NCBI GenBank assembly: GCA_020859945.1
Contig: JAJBVG010000083.1
Span: forward strand, 21,659 to 85,658
Length of the DNA stretch: 64,000 nt
From: Clostridiales bacterium
GTDB taxonomy: Bacteria; Bacillota; Clostridia; Oscillospirales; Oscillospiraceae
Direction: 5' to 3'
The translations under genes were made by a program, and so were the position numbers. Below, piece by piece: positions 20,972 to 30,296 of the stretch (positions are counted from its first letter, which is position 1; every line of letters starts with the position of its first letter). Below the pieces are notes generated by a model. The model saw only the letters and a program-made list of their open reading frames with translations, did not search any database and was not told the DNA's origin.

Positions 20972-22057
20972 ATGAAAAGAATCGGTATGCTGACCTCCGG
21001 CGGGGACTGCCAGGCCCTGAACGCCACCATGCGGGGCATTGCCAAAGCCCTCTATCAAATGTACGGCGACGAGGTGGAGATCATCGGCTTCCTGGATGGC
21101 TACAAGGGCCTGATGTACCAGAATTACCGGGTGCTGACACCCTTGGACTTCTCCGGCATCCTGACGGTGGGCGGCACCTTCCTGGGCACCAGCCGCCAGC
21201 CCTTCAAGCTGATGCGGGAGCCGGACGAGAACGGACTGGACAAGGTGGAGGCCATGAAAACCACCTACCGTCAGATGAAGCTGGACTGCCTGTGTGTGCT
21301 GGGGGGCAATGGCTCCCAAAAGACCGCCAACCTGCTGAGCCAGGAGGGGCTGAACGTCATCGGCCTGCCCAAGACCATCGACAACGACCTGTGGGGCACC
21401 GACATGACCTTCGGATTCCAGAGCGCGGTAGATGTGGCGACCAACGCCTTTGACTGCGTCCACACCACCGCCGCCTCCCACAACCGCTGCTTCATCGTGG
21501 AGGTTATGGGCCACCGGGCGGGCTGGCTGACCCTGAACGCGGGCATCGCCGGCGGCGCGGACATCATCCTCATCCCGGAGATCCCCTACGACATCAACTA
21601 TGTGGTCGAGGCCGTCCGGCGGCGCAACAGACGGGGCCGGGGCTTCACCATCATCGCCGTGGCCGAGGGCGCTATGAGCAAGGACGATGCCAAGCTGAAA
21701 AAGAAGGAGTACAAGCGCCGGGTGGCCGATATGCTCAAGGTCTACCCCTCCATCTCCTATGAGATCGCCGACCAGATCAAGGAGGCTACCGGGCAGGAGT
21801 GCCGGGTCACTGTCCCCGGCCATATGCAGCGGGGCGGCCAGCCCAACGCCTACGACCGGGTGCTCTCCAGCCGTCTGGGGACTTATGCCGCCCTGATGAT
21901 CGACCGGGGCGAGTTCGGCAAGATGGTCTCCATCAGCGACCGCACCGTCACCAGCGTTCCTCTGTCCGAGGTGGCGGGGAAGCTCAAGGTGGTGCCGCTG
22001 GACAACGACATCATCACCGAGGCCCGGATGCTGGGCATCTCCTTCGGCGACCAGTAA
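20972..22057 (+). CDS. pfkA: ATP-dependent 6-phosphofructokinase
   Basis: Start at MKRIGMLTSGGDCQALNATMRG with AAAAGGAG upstream. PFK blocks include GGNGS and PKTIDND. Confidence 0.9.
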   Translation: MKRIGMLTSGGDCQALNATMRGIAKALYQMYGDEVEIIGFLDGYKGLMYQNYRVLTPLDFSGILTVGGTFLGTSRQPFKLMREPDENGLDKVEAMKTTYRQMKLDCLCVLGGNGSQKTANLLSQEGLNVIGLPKTIDNDLWGTDMTFGFQSAVDVATNAFDCVHTTAASHNRCFIVEVMGHRAGWLTLNAGIAGGADIILIPEIPYDINYVVEAVRRRNRRGRGFTIIAVAEGAMSKDDAKLKKKEYKRRVADMLKVYPSISYEIADQIKEATGQECRVTVPGHMQRGGQPNAYDRVLSSRLGTYAALMIDRGEFGKMVSISDRTVTSVPLSEVAGKLKVVPLDNDIITEARMLGISFGDQ

Positions 22058-22079
22058 TTTACAGATACGCGCAGACGAA

Positions 22080-22107
22080 AGCGCCCGGACCGCTTGGCCC
22101 GGGCGCT
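22080..22107. terminator. Hairpin between the convergent pfkA and tauE-like genes
   Basis: Stem AGCGCCCGG/CCGGGCGCT. The T-runs are weak on both strands. Confidence 0.4.
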
Positions 22108-22126
22108 CAGTATTTCTGTGCTATCG

Positions 22127-22894
22127 TTACAAAATCACCTTGAAAACCAGCAAAAAGACCCCAAGCACCATCAGACAGCCGCCGATGACCCGGTGAAGGG
22201 TGCGGCTGTCGGCGCGGTTGGCGTACCTGGCGGCGAACCAGGCCCCCACCAGGGCGGACAGGGCGCAGATAATCAGAGGGACCCAGCGGACGGAGCCGTA
22301 CATGGCGAAGTGGGAGATCGACCCCACCAGCGCCAGAAAGGTCATAATAAACACGCTGGTGCCCACGGCGGTTTTCAGCTCGTAACCCAGCAGGGAGGTC
22401 AGCAAGAACAGCATCATCATCCCGCCGCCGGCCCCGGAGAAGCCGCAGATGGCCCCCACAATGGCCCCGGAGATGATGGACAGCACCCGCCGGGTGAAGT
22501 TGTCCTGATAGTGGCCGCTGTTGATGGGCTGTTCGCCTTTGTCCCGGAGGAAGTTGAAGCCCAGCAGGACGGGAAACGCCACGGAAACCAGGCTCAGGAT
22601 GCTGTTATCCACGTTGGAGCTGACAAAGCAGCCCAGCACCGTCAGGAACAGGGCGGGGACCAGCAGCCACATACCGCTGCGAATGGCGATGTGCTTGTTT
22701 TTGGCGTAAGTACGGGCGCTGAGGCCGGAGGCCAGCACGTCGGAGGCCAGGGAGATGCCGATGGCCTCGAATGCAGGGAACCCCAGCAGGGTGATGAGCA
22801 GCGGGGAGATGATGGCGGCGGCGGACAGCCCGGCCAGCCCTGTGACCACGCCCGCGCTGAATCCGGCGATGAGATAGACAAAGATTTGAAACAT
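22127..22894 (-). CDS. TauE/SafE family sulfite/anion exporter
   Basis: Start at MFQIFVYLIAGFSAGVVTGLAGLSAAA. There are two Gly-rich repeats (GLAGLS and GFSGAGGG). The 108 codons upstream in the track ORF have no support. Confidence 0.75.
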   Translation of the reverse strand: MFQIFVYLIAGFSAGVVTGLAGLSAAAIISPLLITLLGFPAFEAIGISLASDVLASGLSARTYAKNKHIAIRSGMWLLVPALFLTVLGCFVSSNVDNSILSLVSVAFPVLLGFNFLRDKGEQPINSGHYQDNFTRRVLSIISGAIVGAICGFSGAGGGMMMLFLLTSLLGYELKTAVGTSVFIMTFLALVGSISHFAMYGSVRWVPLIICALSALVGAWFAARYANRADSRTLHRVIGGCLMVLGVFLLVFKVIL

Positions 22895-23111
22895 GGTGGA
22901 TGGCCTTCCAAAGCGTAAATTTGCAGTCGTAAACAGAGGTATTATATCACGAGGTCGGGCAGATGTATAGGGCGATTTGAGAAATCGTATCAGAAAATTT
23001 ACAAATGCGGCAGACCGCAAATGATGATTTTCACCAGGTCCCTCCCCATTGTAAAACCGGCTCAAATATGGTATTCTACAAGCGAAGAAAATCGAAAACA
23101 GAGGAATAGCC

Positions 23112-23891
23112 ATGAGCCTTTTGAAAAAAATCCAGTACAACGCCCCAGTGGTGCTGACCTTTACCTTTCTCTCTCTGGCGGCGCTGCTGCTGGACTTCGC
23201 TACCCAGGGGAAAAGCACCCAGCTGCTTTTCTGCGTCTACCGCTCCTCGCCCAAGGACCCGTTGACCTATGTGCGGCTGTTCGGCCACGTGCTGGGCCAC
23301 GCCAGCGTCAGCCACTACATGAGCAACATGATGCTGTTCCTGCTGCTGGGGCCGATGATCGAGGAGAAGTATGGCAGCTTGCGGATGCTGGGGATGATTG
23401 CGGTCACGGCGCTCGTCACCGGTTTGGTGAACATCGCCTGCTTCCCCAACGTGGCCCTGCTGGGGGCCAGCGGCGTGGTGTTTATGCTCATCATCCTCTC
23501 CTCCATGGTGCGGATGGTGGACGGGAAAATTCCCCTGACCATGGTGCTGGTCGTTATCCTCTACCTGGGGCAGGAGGTCTATAGCGGCGTCGTGGCCCAG
23601 GACAGCATCTCCCAGCTGAGCCACATTTTGGGCGGCGTCTGCGGCGGCGGGTTCGGCTGGCTGCTGAACCGGCGCGGTCCCGACGAAGGGGACAACGGCG
23701 GTCAACAGACCGGCGGCGGTTTTGGCCGCTGGCGGGCAAAGCTGGCGGAAGCCTGGGAAAACTGGGGCGAGCGCCGCCGGGAGCGCAAACAGGCTCGGCA
23801 AAAGGCCAAACAGCAGGCCCCAAAAAAGAAAAAGAAGGAACGCAGCGGCCTGTTCGATCAGGACAAGACTGACGGCGTAAAATGGAACTGA
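23112..23891 (+). CDS. Rhomboid family intramembrane serine protease, catalytic motifs intact
   Basis: Motifs HxxxxHxxxN (HASVSHYMSN), GASGVVF and HILGGVCGG. Lys-rich C-terminal tail. Confidence 0.8.
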   Translation: MSLLKKIQYNAPVVLTFTFLSLAALLLDFATQGKSTQLLFCVYRSSPKDPLTYVRLFGHVLGHASVSHYMSNMMLFLLLGPMIEEKYGSLRMLGMIAVTALVTGLVNIACFPNVALLGASGVVFMLIILSSMVRMVDGKIPLTMVLVVILYLGQEVYSGVVAQDSISQLSHILGGVCGGGFGWLLNRRGPDEGDNGGQQTGGGFGRWRAKLAEAWENWGERRRERKQARQKAKQQAPKKKKKERSGLFDQDKTDGVKWN

Positions 23892-23904
23892 CAAGGAGGA
23901 CAAT

Positions 23905-25884
23905 ATGGCGCTGATTCAAACCAATTTCTTTTCCAACAGTCTGGCCCGTGTGGTGCCGGTGACGGTGATCCTCCCCACGGACAAGCGCGCCTGGGACGAC
24001 GCGCCCGACCGCCACGGGCGGCCCTACCAGACCCTTTACCTGCTCCACGGCATCTTTGGCGACAGCATGAGCTGGCCCACCAACAGCTGCATCCGGCGGT
24101 ACGCTGAGGAACACGACCTGGCGGTGGTGATGCCCGCCGGGGAGAACGGCTTCTACCTGGACCACAAGGCGTCTTACGCCTTTTACGGGGACTTTTTTGG
24201 CCGGGAGCTGGTGGAACAGACCCGGCAAATGTTCCCCCTCTCCCATAAGCGGGAGGACACCTTTATCGGCGGCCTCTCCATGGGAGGCTACGGCGCGCTG
24301 CGCACCGGCCTCAAGTACCGGGAGACCTTCTCCGCCATCGCCGCGTTCTCCTCTGCCCTGGTGATGGAGGACAACCGCAGCAAGGTCTATGAACCGGGCA
24401 TCATGGTGGACCGGGCCTATTCCGAGAGCTGCTTTGGCGACCTGGACCAGGCCATGGAAAGCGACGAAAATCCCCTGTGGCTGGCGAAACAGGCCGTTGA
24501 GCGGGGGGAGCGGCTGCCCGCCCTCTACATCTCCTGCGGCGAGCAGGACAGTTTGCTGCCCAACAGCCGGGCCTTCGTGGAGGACCTGCGGCAGCTGGGG
24601 GTGGAAGTGACCTTTGAGACCGCCCCCGGCGGCCACGAGTGGGACTTCTGGGACAGCCAAATCAGGCACGTCATCGAGGACTGGCTCCCGCTGGAATCCA
24701 AAGAGGAATACGACTTCCACACTTTGGTCAGCCGGAAAAACACCGGCTCCTTCAAGTGGGACGAGATGGGCGACCAGCCGGAGGGCGTCGCGCCGTTCTC
24801 TGTGGCGGACATGGAGCTGAAAAACCCGCCGCAAATCGCCGAGGGGCTGAAAGAGTACCTGAACGATGCCATTTTGGGCTACACCGGTCCCACGGAGGAC
24901 TACTTCGCCAGTGTCCAGCGCTGGATGGAGCGCCGCCACGGGTTCCGCCCGGAACAGGATTGGTTCGTTCCCTTCGCCGGGGTGGTCCCCGCCCTGAACC
25001 AGCTGGTGCGCACCTGCACCCAGCCGGGGGACAGCGTGCTGATTATGACGCCGGTGTACTACCCCTTCTACTCCGCTGTGGAGAACAACGGGCGAAAGCT
25101 GGTCAAGACCCAGCTGGTCCCCACAGGAGACCGATACGAAATCGACTTCGATGACTTCGCCGCCAAAGCCGCCCTGCCGGAGGTGAAGCTGCTGATTCTG
25201 TGCAGCCCTCACAACCCGGTGGGCCGGGTGTGGAGCCGGGAGGAGCTGGAGCGCATCGCCCAAATCTGCCTGGAGCAGAACGTGTTCATTGTCTCTGACG
25301 AAATTCACTTCGACCTGATTTTGCCGGGCTGCCAGCACACCTCTATGGGCAACCTGCCTCAGCCCTATCTGGACAACTGCGTCATCTGCACCGCCCCCAG
25401 CAAGACCTTCAACCTGGCGGGGATGCAGGCGTCTAACCTGCTGGTGCCAAACAAAAAGGTGCGGGAGCGGCTGCAACGGGATATGGGGTTCAGCCACCTG
25501 AACATTTTGGGGTATCAGGCTTGTCGGCTGGCCTATGACAAATGCGAGGGCTGGCTGGACGCGCTGCTGGTCCACCTGGACGGCAACCGCCAGATGGTGG
25601 AGGACTTTTTGGCCCAAAAGCTGCCCTGCCTGAAACCCTTCCGGCTGGAGGGCACCTATTTAATGTGGATCGACTGCCGGGCGCTGGGCCTGGACAAAAA
25701 GGCACTGGAGCAGTTCATGCAGCAGGAGGCCCGGTGGTTCTGCGACGAAGGGTACCTCTTCGGCCCAGAGGGAGAGGGCTTCGAGCGGCTGAATCTGGCC
25801 TGTCCCCGGTGGGTGTTGGAACAGGCGCTGGACCGGCTGGAGCAGGCAGTTCAGAAGCGGTTCCCGGCACTGACAAAGGACTAA
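23905..25884 (+). CDS. Fusion protein: N-terminal esterase-family alpha/beta hydrolase plus C-terminal PatB/MalY-type PLP-dependent C-S lyase
   Basis: Strong RBS (AAGGAGGA). The N-terminal ~255 aa carry a GLSMGGYGA nucleophile elbow. From KEEYDFHTLVSRKNTGSFKWDE onward the sequence is PatB-like (SPHNPVGRVW, PLP lysine in SKTFNLAG). Confidence 0.75.
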   Translation: MALIQTNFFSNSLARVVPVTVILPTDKRAWDDAPDRHGRPYQTLYLLHGIFGDSMSWPTNSCIRRYAEEHDLAVVMPAGENGFYLDHKASYAFYGDFFGRELVEQTRQMFPLSHKREDTFIGGLSMGGYGALRTGLKYRETFSAIAAFSSALVMEDNRSKVYEPGIMVDRAYSESCFGDLDQAMESDENPLWLAKQAVERGERLPALYISCGEQDSLLPNSRAFVEDLRQLGVEVTFETAPGGHEWDFWDSQIRHVIEDWLPLESKEEYDFHTLVSRKNTGSFKWDEMGDQPEGVAPFSVADMELKNPPQIAEGLKEYLNDAILGYTGPTEDYFASVQRWMERRHGFRPEQDWFVPFAGVVPALNQLVRTCTQPGDSVLIMTPVYYPFYSAVENNGRKLVKTQLVPTGDRYEIDFDDFAAKAALPEVKLLILCSPHNPVGRVWSREELERIAQICLEQNVFIVSDEIHFDLILPGCQHTSMGNLPQPYLDNCVICTAPSKTFNLAGMQASNLLVPNKKVRERLQRDMGFSHLNILGYQACRLAYDKCEGWLDALLVHLDGNRQMVEDFLAQKLPCLKPFRLEGTYLMWIDCRALGLDKKALEQFMQQEARWFCDEGYLFGPEGEGFERLNLACPRWVLEQALDRLEQAVQKRFPALTKD

Positions 25885-25887
25885 TTT

Positions 25888-26229
25888 ATGGCGACGACCC
25901 CAGAATATGTCCTTTACGTTTGTGACCAAATCGCCGGAGTGGGGCAGGTGCGCTGCCGGAAGATGTTCGGGGAGTATATGGTTTATGTGAATGACCGCCC
26001 CGTGTTCACCGTCTGCGACAACACGGTCTATGTGAAGATGCTTGACTGTGTGAAAGACGAACTGGCAGCGGCAGAGTTGGACGCGCCCTACCCAGGGGCC
26101 AAATCCCACTATATTTTGGATATTGACGATAACGCTCTGGCGAAACGGGTAGCTGCTATACTAGCTGTAAATATCTCGCTCCCAAAACCCAGAAAGAAAA
26201 AGCAGAAAACAGGAGGAAAAACAACGTGA
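25888..26229 (+). CDS. TfoX/Sxy N-terminal domain protein
   Basis: 113 aa. The MFGEYMVYVNDRPVF pattern is typical of the TfoX_N domain. Confidence 0.6.
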   Translation: MATTPEYVLYVCDQIAGVGQVRCRKMFGEYMVYVNDRPVFTVCDNTVYVKMLDCVKDELAAAELDAPYPGAKSHYILDIDDNALAKRVAAILAVNISLPKPRKKKQKTGGKTT

Positions 26230-27185
26230 AAATCGTGATTTTAGACGGCTACACCGAGAACCCCGGCGACCTGAGCTGGGAGGGCCTGGCGGCGCTGGGC
26301 GAGCTGACGGTGCATGACTACACCCCCGACGACCCGGAAGAAATCGCCCGGCGCATTGGCGATGCCGAGGCGGTCTACGTCAACAAGGTCCCCGTGGGCC
26401 GGTGGGTGATGGAACAGTGTCCCAACCTGACCTACATCGGCGTGCTGGCCACCGGGTACAATATCATCGACGTCGAGGCGGCGAAGGAGCGGGGCATCAC
26501 CGTCACCAACGTCCCCGGCTACAGCACTCCCGCCGTAGCCCAGATGACCCTGGCCCTGCTGATGGAGGTGACCTGTCATGTGGGCCACCACGACCAGGCT
26601 GTGAAAGAGGGCCGCTGGTGCAGTTGCCGGGACTTCTGCTTCTGGGACATGCCCATCGTGGAGCTGGCGGGCAAGACCATGGGCATCATCGGCTTCGGCA
26701 GCATTGGCCGGACCGTGGGCCGTCTGGCCCGCGCCCTGGGGATGAACGTGCTGGCCACCGGCTCCCGCCCCTGCCCAGAAGGGGAGGCTATCGCCACCTA
26801 TGTAGACCTGGACACCCTGCTGGCCCAGGCGGACGTGATCTCCCTCCACGCGCCGCTGTTCCCCTCCACCCACCACATCGTCAACGCTGAGAACATCGCC
26901 AAGATGAAGGATGGGGTCATTCTGCTGAACACCGCCCGGGGGCCGCTGGTGGACGAACAGGCCCTGGCCGACGCGCTGAACAGCGGCAAGGTGGCCGCCG
27001 CCGGGCTGGACGTGGTGGAACACGAGCCGATGCTGCCAGACAACCCCCTGCTGACGGCGCAGAACTGCGTCATCACTCCCCACATCGCCTGGGCTTCGGT
27101 GGAGGCCCGCCGCCGACTGATGGACATCGTGGTGGAGAACCTGCGGCAGTTCCAGGCGGGGACGCCGCAGAATGTGGTGAGCTGA
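26226..27185 (+). CDS. D-isomer-specific 2-hydroxyacid dehydrogenase (glycerate/hydroxypyruvate reductase-like)
   Basis: The GTG start overlaps the upstream stop codon (GTGA). NAD-binding fold GIIGFGSIGRTVGRL; catalytic R/E/H context (TPHIAW). Confidence 0.85.
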   Translation: MKIVILDGYTENPGDLSWEGLAALGELTVHDYTPDDPEEIARRIGDAEAVYVNKVPVGRWVMEQCPNLTYIGVLATGYNIIDVEAAKERGITVTNVPGYSTPAVAQMTLALLMEVTCHVGHHDQAVKEGRWCSCRDFCFWDMPIVELAGKTMGIIGFGSIGRTVGRLARALGMNVLATGSRPCPEGEAIATYVDLDTLLAQADVISLHAPLFPSTHHIVNAENIAKMKDGVILLNTARGPLVDEQALADALNSGKVAAAGLDVVEHEPMLPDNPLLTAQNCVITPHIAWASVEARRRLMDIVVENLRQFQAGTPQNVVS

Positions 27186-27367
27186 GCAATTTGCAATCAG
27201 CGGTTTGCATAATTGTATTCCGCTTGCAAAATTTCCGAAAAGTGACGAAAATCGGTTTTCTTTTCCCGAACGGGGTGTTATAATGTGGCCGCCGGGGTTC
27301 TCAGGCCGCTCTTAGGGAGGCGGATGGGGACCTGCCGGTCCACGTCAGCCCAATAGGGAGGATCATT

Positions 27368-29809
27368 ATGGAAAACAAAGAGAACACAACGACTGTCCTG
27401 CTGGACGAGGACGAAGCCGGGAGCAAGGACCGCTTCCCGCTGGCCTGCTACGCCAACCGGGAGCTGTCCTGGCTGCAATTCAACGAGCGGGTGCTGGAGG
27501 AGGCTGCCACGAGTGACAACCCCCTGTGCGAGCGGCTGTCCTTCGCCGCCATCTTCCAGAGCAACCTGGACGAATTTTTCATGGTGCGGGTGGGCACCCT
27601 CCATGACCAGCTGCCCATGAACATCCGGGAGAACAAGACCGGCATGACCGCCCAGGAACAGCTGGACGCGGTGCTGGACAAGGTGCGCACCGACTTGGAG
27701 CGGAAGGATTGGGTTTACAATGAGCTGATGGAGCAGCTGCGGCCCCACGGCGCGGAGATTTTAAATTTCTCCCAGCTCAACGAAGGAGAGCGGCGGTATC
27801 TGGAGACCTACTTCATGGAGGAGGTGCAGCCCCTGCTGTCCCCCCAGATCATCGGCTCCAAGCAGCCATTCCCCTTCCTGAACGGCAAGGATATCTATGC
27901 CGTGGTCTCCTTAAAGACCAAAAACAGCAACGAGCGGCTGGGTATCATCCCGTGCAGCAACCGAGTGCTCCGGCGGCTGGTGCCCATCCCCGGCGAGGGC
28001 TATCGGTATATCCTGATGGAGGATCTGATCCTGCACTTTGCCCCCCGCATCTTTGAGCGGTATCGCATCGTCAGCAAGGCGCTGGTGCGCATCCTACGCA
28101 GCGCGGACATCAGCATCGACGACGCCATCAACGACATGGACGACCGCCACGAGGATTACCGCGGGAAGATGGAGAAGATGATCCGCACCCGCCGCCGCCT
28201 GTGTCCCATTAAGATGGAGTACCACGGCCTTATCGAGGAGGAGGTCATCGACACCGTCTGCAAGTATCTGGATATGCCCAGGAAGCAGGCGTTCCCCTCC
28301 GCCGCGCCGCTGGACCTGTCTTTCCTGTTCCAGCTCCAGGACGACTTGCGGGACAAAAAGGAGCTGTTCTATTCCCGGCGGACCCCCCAGCCGTCCCCGG
28401 CCGTGGACCGGTACCGCCCCATGGTGGAGCAGATCAAAGAGCATGACGTGCTGCTGTCTTACCCCTATGAGAGTATGCAGCCCTTCCTGCGGATGCTGCT
28501 GGAAGCCTGCCACGACCCGGCGGTAGCCTCCATCAAGATGACCCTCTACCGGGTAGCCCGGAACAGCCGGGTGGTGGACGCCCTGTGTCAGGCGGCGGAA
28601 AACGGCAAGGAAGTGGTCGTACTGGTGGAGCTGCGGGCCAGGTTCGATGAGGAGCGGAACATCGAATGGTCCCGCGTGCTGGAGGACGCCGGGTGCCGCA
28701 TCATCTACGGACTGGACGGCATCAAAATCCACTCCAAGCTGTGCCTCATCACCCGGAAGGAGGGCGACCAGGTCAGCTATATCACCCAGTTCGGCACCGG
28801 CAACTACAACGAAAAGACATCCAAGCAGTACACCGACCTGTCCCTGATGACCGCCAACCAGGACCTGGGCCGGGAGGCAGCCATCGTGTTCAACAGCCTG
28901 TGCATGGGCCAGGTGGTGGAGAACATGGAACACCTGATGGTGGCCCCCCACTGTCTGCAAAACAAGCTCTGCGACCTGATCGACGGGGAGATCGCCAAGG
29001 CCCAGGCGGGCCAGGCGGCCTATATCGGCGTCAAGTGCAACTCGCTCACCGATAAGGTGCTTATCGACAAGCTCATCGAGGCGTCCCAGGCCGGGGTGAA
29101 GGTGGAGATGGTCATTCGCGGCATCTGCTGCATGGTGTCCGGTATCCCCCACTACACCGACAACATCCGGGTGGTCAGCATCGTGGGCCGTTACCTGGAG
29201 CACGCCAGAATCTACCTCTTCGGTCAGGGAGACGAGGGACGGGTCTACATTTCCTCGGCGGACTTCATGACCCGCAACACCACCCGCCGGGTGGAGGTGG
29301 CCGCCCCCATCTACGACCCCGCCCTGAAAGAGCGCATCCGGGGCCTGTTCCGCACCATGATGAACGATAACGTCAAGGCCCGCGCTCAGCAGTCCGACGG
29401 CACCTATCAGCGGCCTGTGGTCAAGGGGGAGAAGCTGAATGCCCAGGAATATTTCTTCGCCCAGGCGTACCAGGCGGCGGAGAAGGTGCTGCCCCCGCGC
29501 GGGGTCCCCACCGCACCCCACGCCGCCGCTGTGCCGGTAATGGCTCCGGCGGAGCCGGACCCCACCGTAGAGGAACCTGTTCCCGTGGATGCGGAGCCGG
29601 TGGCGCAGCCCGCCGCGGAGAAGCCGAAGGCTGCCGCAGAAGAACCTGCTGCCACTCAGCCGGCGGAATCTGCCCCCGCAGAGCAGCCGGAACCGGTGAA
29701 GAAGCCCGCCTCCTACCAGCCAGCCTATCGCCCTGCCCGCGCCAAAGAGGAGCGGCCCATCGGTCTGTCCCGGCTGGCGGCGTTCTTCGGCTTGGGGAAA
29801 AGAAAATAA
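27368..29809 (+). CDS. ppk: Polyphosphate kinase 1 with a 107 aa low-complexity C-terminal extension
   Basis: NRELSWLQFNERVLEEA at the N-terminus and two PLD-like HKD-type modules. The tail is Ala/Pro/Glu-rich and ends LSRLAAFFGLGKRK. Confidence 0.9.
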   Translation: MENKENTTTVLLDEDEAGSKDRFPLACYANRELSWLQFNERVLEEAATSDNPLCERLSFAAIFQSNLDEFFMVRVGTLHDQLPMNIRENKTGMTAQEQLDAVLDKVRTDLERKDWVYNELMEQLRPHGAEILNFSQLNEGERRYLETYFMEEVQPLLSPQIIGSKQPFPFLNGKDIYAVVSLKTKNSNERLGIIPCSNRVLRRLVPIPGEGYRYILMEDLILHFAPRIFERYRIVSKALVRILRSADISIDDAINDMDDRHEDYRGKMEKMIRTRRRLCPIKMEYHGLIEEEVIDTVCKYLDMPRKQAFPSAAPLDLSFLFQLQDDLRDKKELFYSRRTPQPSPAVDRYRPMVEQIKEHDVLLSYPYESMQPFLRMLLEACHDPAVASIKMTLYRVARNSRVVDALCQAAENGKEVVVLVELRARFDEERNIEWSRVLEDAGCRIIYGLDGIKIHSKLCLITRKEGDQVSYITQFGTGNYNEKTSKQYTDLSLMTANQDLGREAAIVFNSLCMGQVVENMEHLMVAPHCLQNKLCDLIDGEIAKAQAGQAAYIGVKCNSLTDKVLIDKLIEASQAGVKVEMVIRGICCMVSGIPHYTDNIRVVSIVGRYLEHARIYLFGQGDEGRVYISSADFMTRNTTRRVEVAAPIYDPALKERIRGLFRTMMNDNVKARAQQSDGTYQRPVVKGEKLNAQEYFFAQAYQAAEKVLPPRGVPTAPHAAAVPVMAPAEPDPTVEEPVPVDAEPVAQPAAEKPKAAAEEPAATQPAESAPAEQPEPVKKPASYQPAYRPARAKEERPIGLSRLAAFFGLGKRK

Positions 29810-29942
29810 GGCAGCGCTCGCTTATTCAAAGTTTCTTCTTATTTTCTTTGCAATTTGTCCAACAATTCGCTCCCCGTTTTTGTTATTGTATAGGCACGGG
29901 GAGCGAACAGGGCAACGCAAACCGCACAACAACGCTTTTTCA

Positions 29943-29980
29943 TTTTTTCTCCTTTCTTTTCTTTCTTTTCTCTCTTTCTC
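29943..29980 (+). repeat. 38 nt pure polypyrimidine (T/C) tract
   Basis: TTTTTTCTCCTTTCTTTTCTTTCTTTTCTCTCTTTCTC, intergenic. Confidence 0.9.
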
Positions 29981-29986
29981 AAAAAA

Positions 29987-30028
29987 GGGAGCGTTGCAGA
30001 ACCAAAAACTGCAACGCTCCTCTTTTTT
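29987..30028. terminator. REP-like hairpin, probably a bidirectional terminator (GGAGCGTTGCAG stem)
   Basis: 12 bp perfect stem GGAGCGTTGCAG/CTGCAACGCTCC, with A-runs on the 5' side and T-runs on the 3' side. The same stem and a similar loop recur, inverted, at 40799-40845. Confidence 0.7.
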
Positions 30029-30173
30029 GCGCATGGCCGGAAAGCAAAGTGAAAAACCAGCCCCATACGCGCTGGCAGCTGTGGCTTCCTCGTATGTCCC
30101 TGCCCGGAAAGGCTGGCTTCTCCTGTCAGCGTTTTAACCTGTTCTTCCACTCTGAATTTAACGCAAGTGCCAG

Positions 30174-30202
30174 TTGACCATCTCATTCCTATGTCGTATA
30201 TT
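30174..30202 (+). promoter_or_regulatory. Orphan SigA-like promoter
   Basis: TTGACC, a 17 nt spacer, then TATATT. There is no plus-strand CDS downstream. Confidence 0.4.
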
Positions 30203-30208
30203 GGCCTT

Positions 30209-30296
30209 GCTTGGAATTATTATTGTTCACTTAATACTCTAAAGCAAAAGCAAGGTTAGGCTCCCCTCTTTCAAGTGCCTAACCTTCGCTTTTTTG
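30209..30296 (+). ncRNA. Candidate small RNA (~85 nt) between the orphan promoter and a strong hairpin with a T-run
   Basis: Predicted TSS near 30209. Terminator stem AAGGTTAGGC/GCCTAACCTT (30252-30286) followed by TTTTTT. The hairpin could equally serve the minus strand. Confidence 0.25.

Noticed and set aside
23554-25617. 687 aa minus-strand ORF opposite the esterase-PatB gene. Similar cases lie at 36072-39197 (opposite the S8 protease), 42142-43623 (opposite cstA), 47592-49157 (opposite pyk), 51408-53000 (opposite asnS) and 53360-54481 (opposite ahcY).
   Set aside because: All are antisense to genes with unambiguous family signatures, and all translate to Gly/Arg/Pro/His-rich low-complexity sequence. 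They are treated as non-coding.
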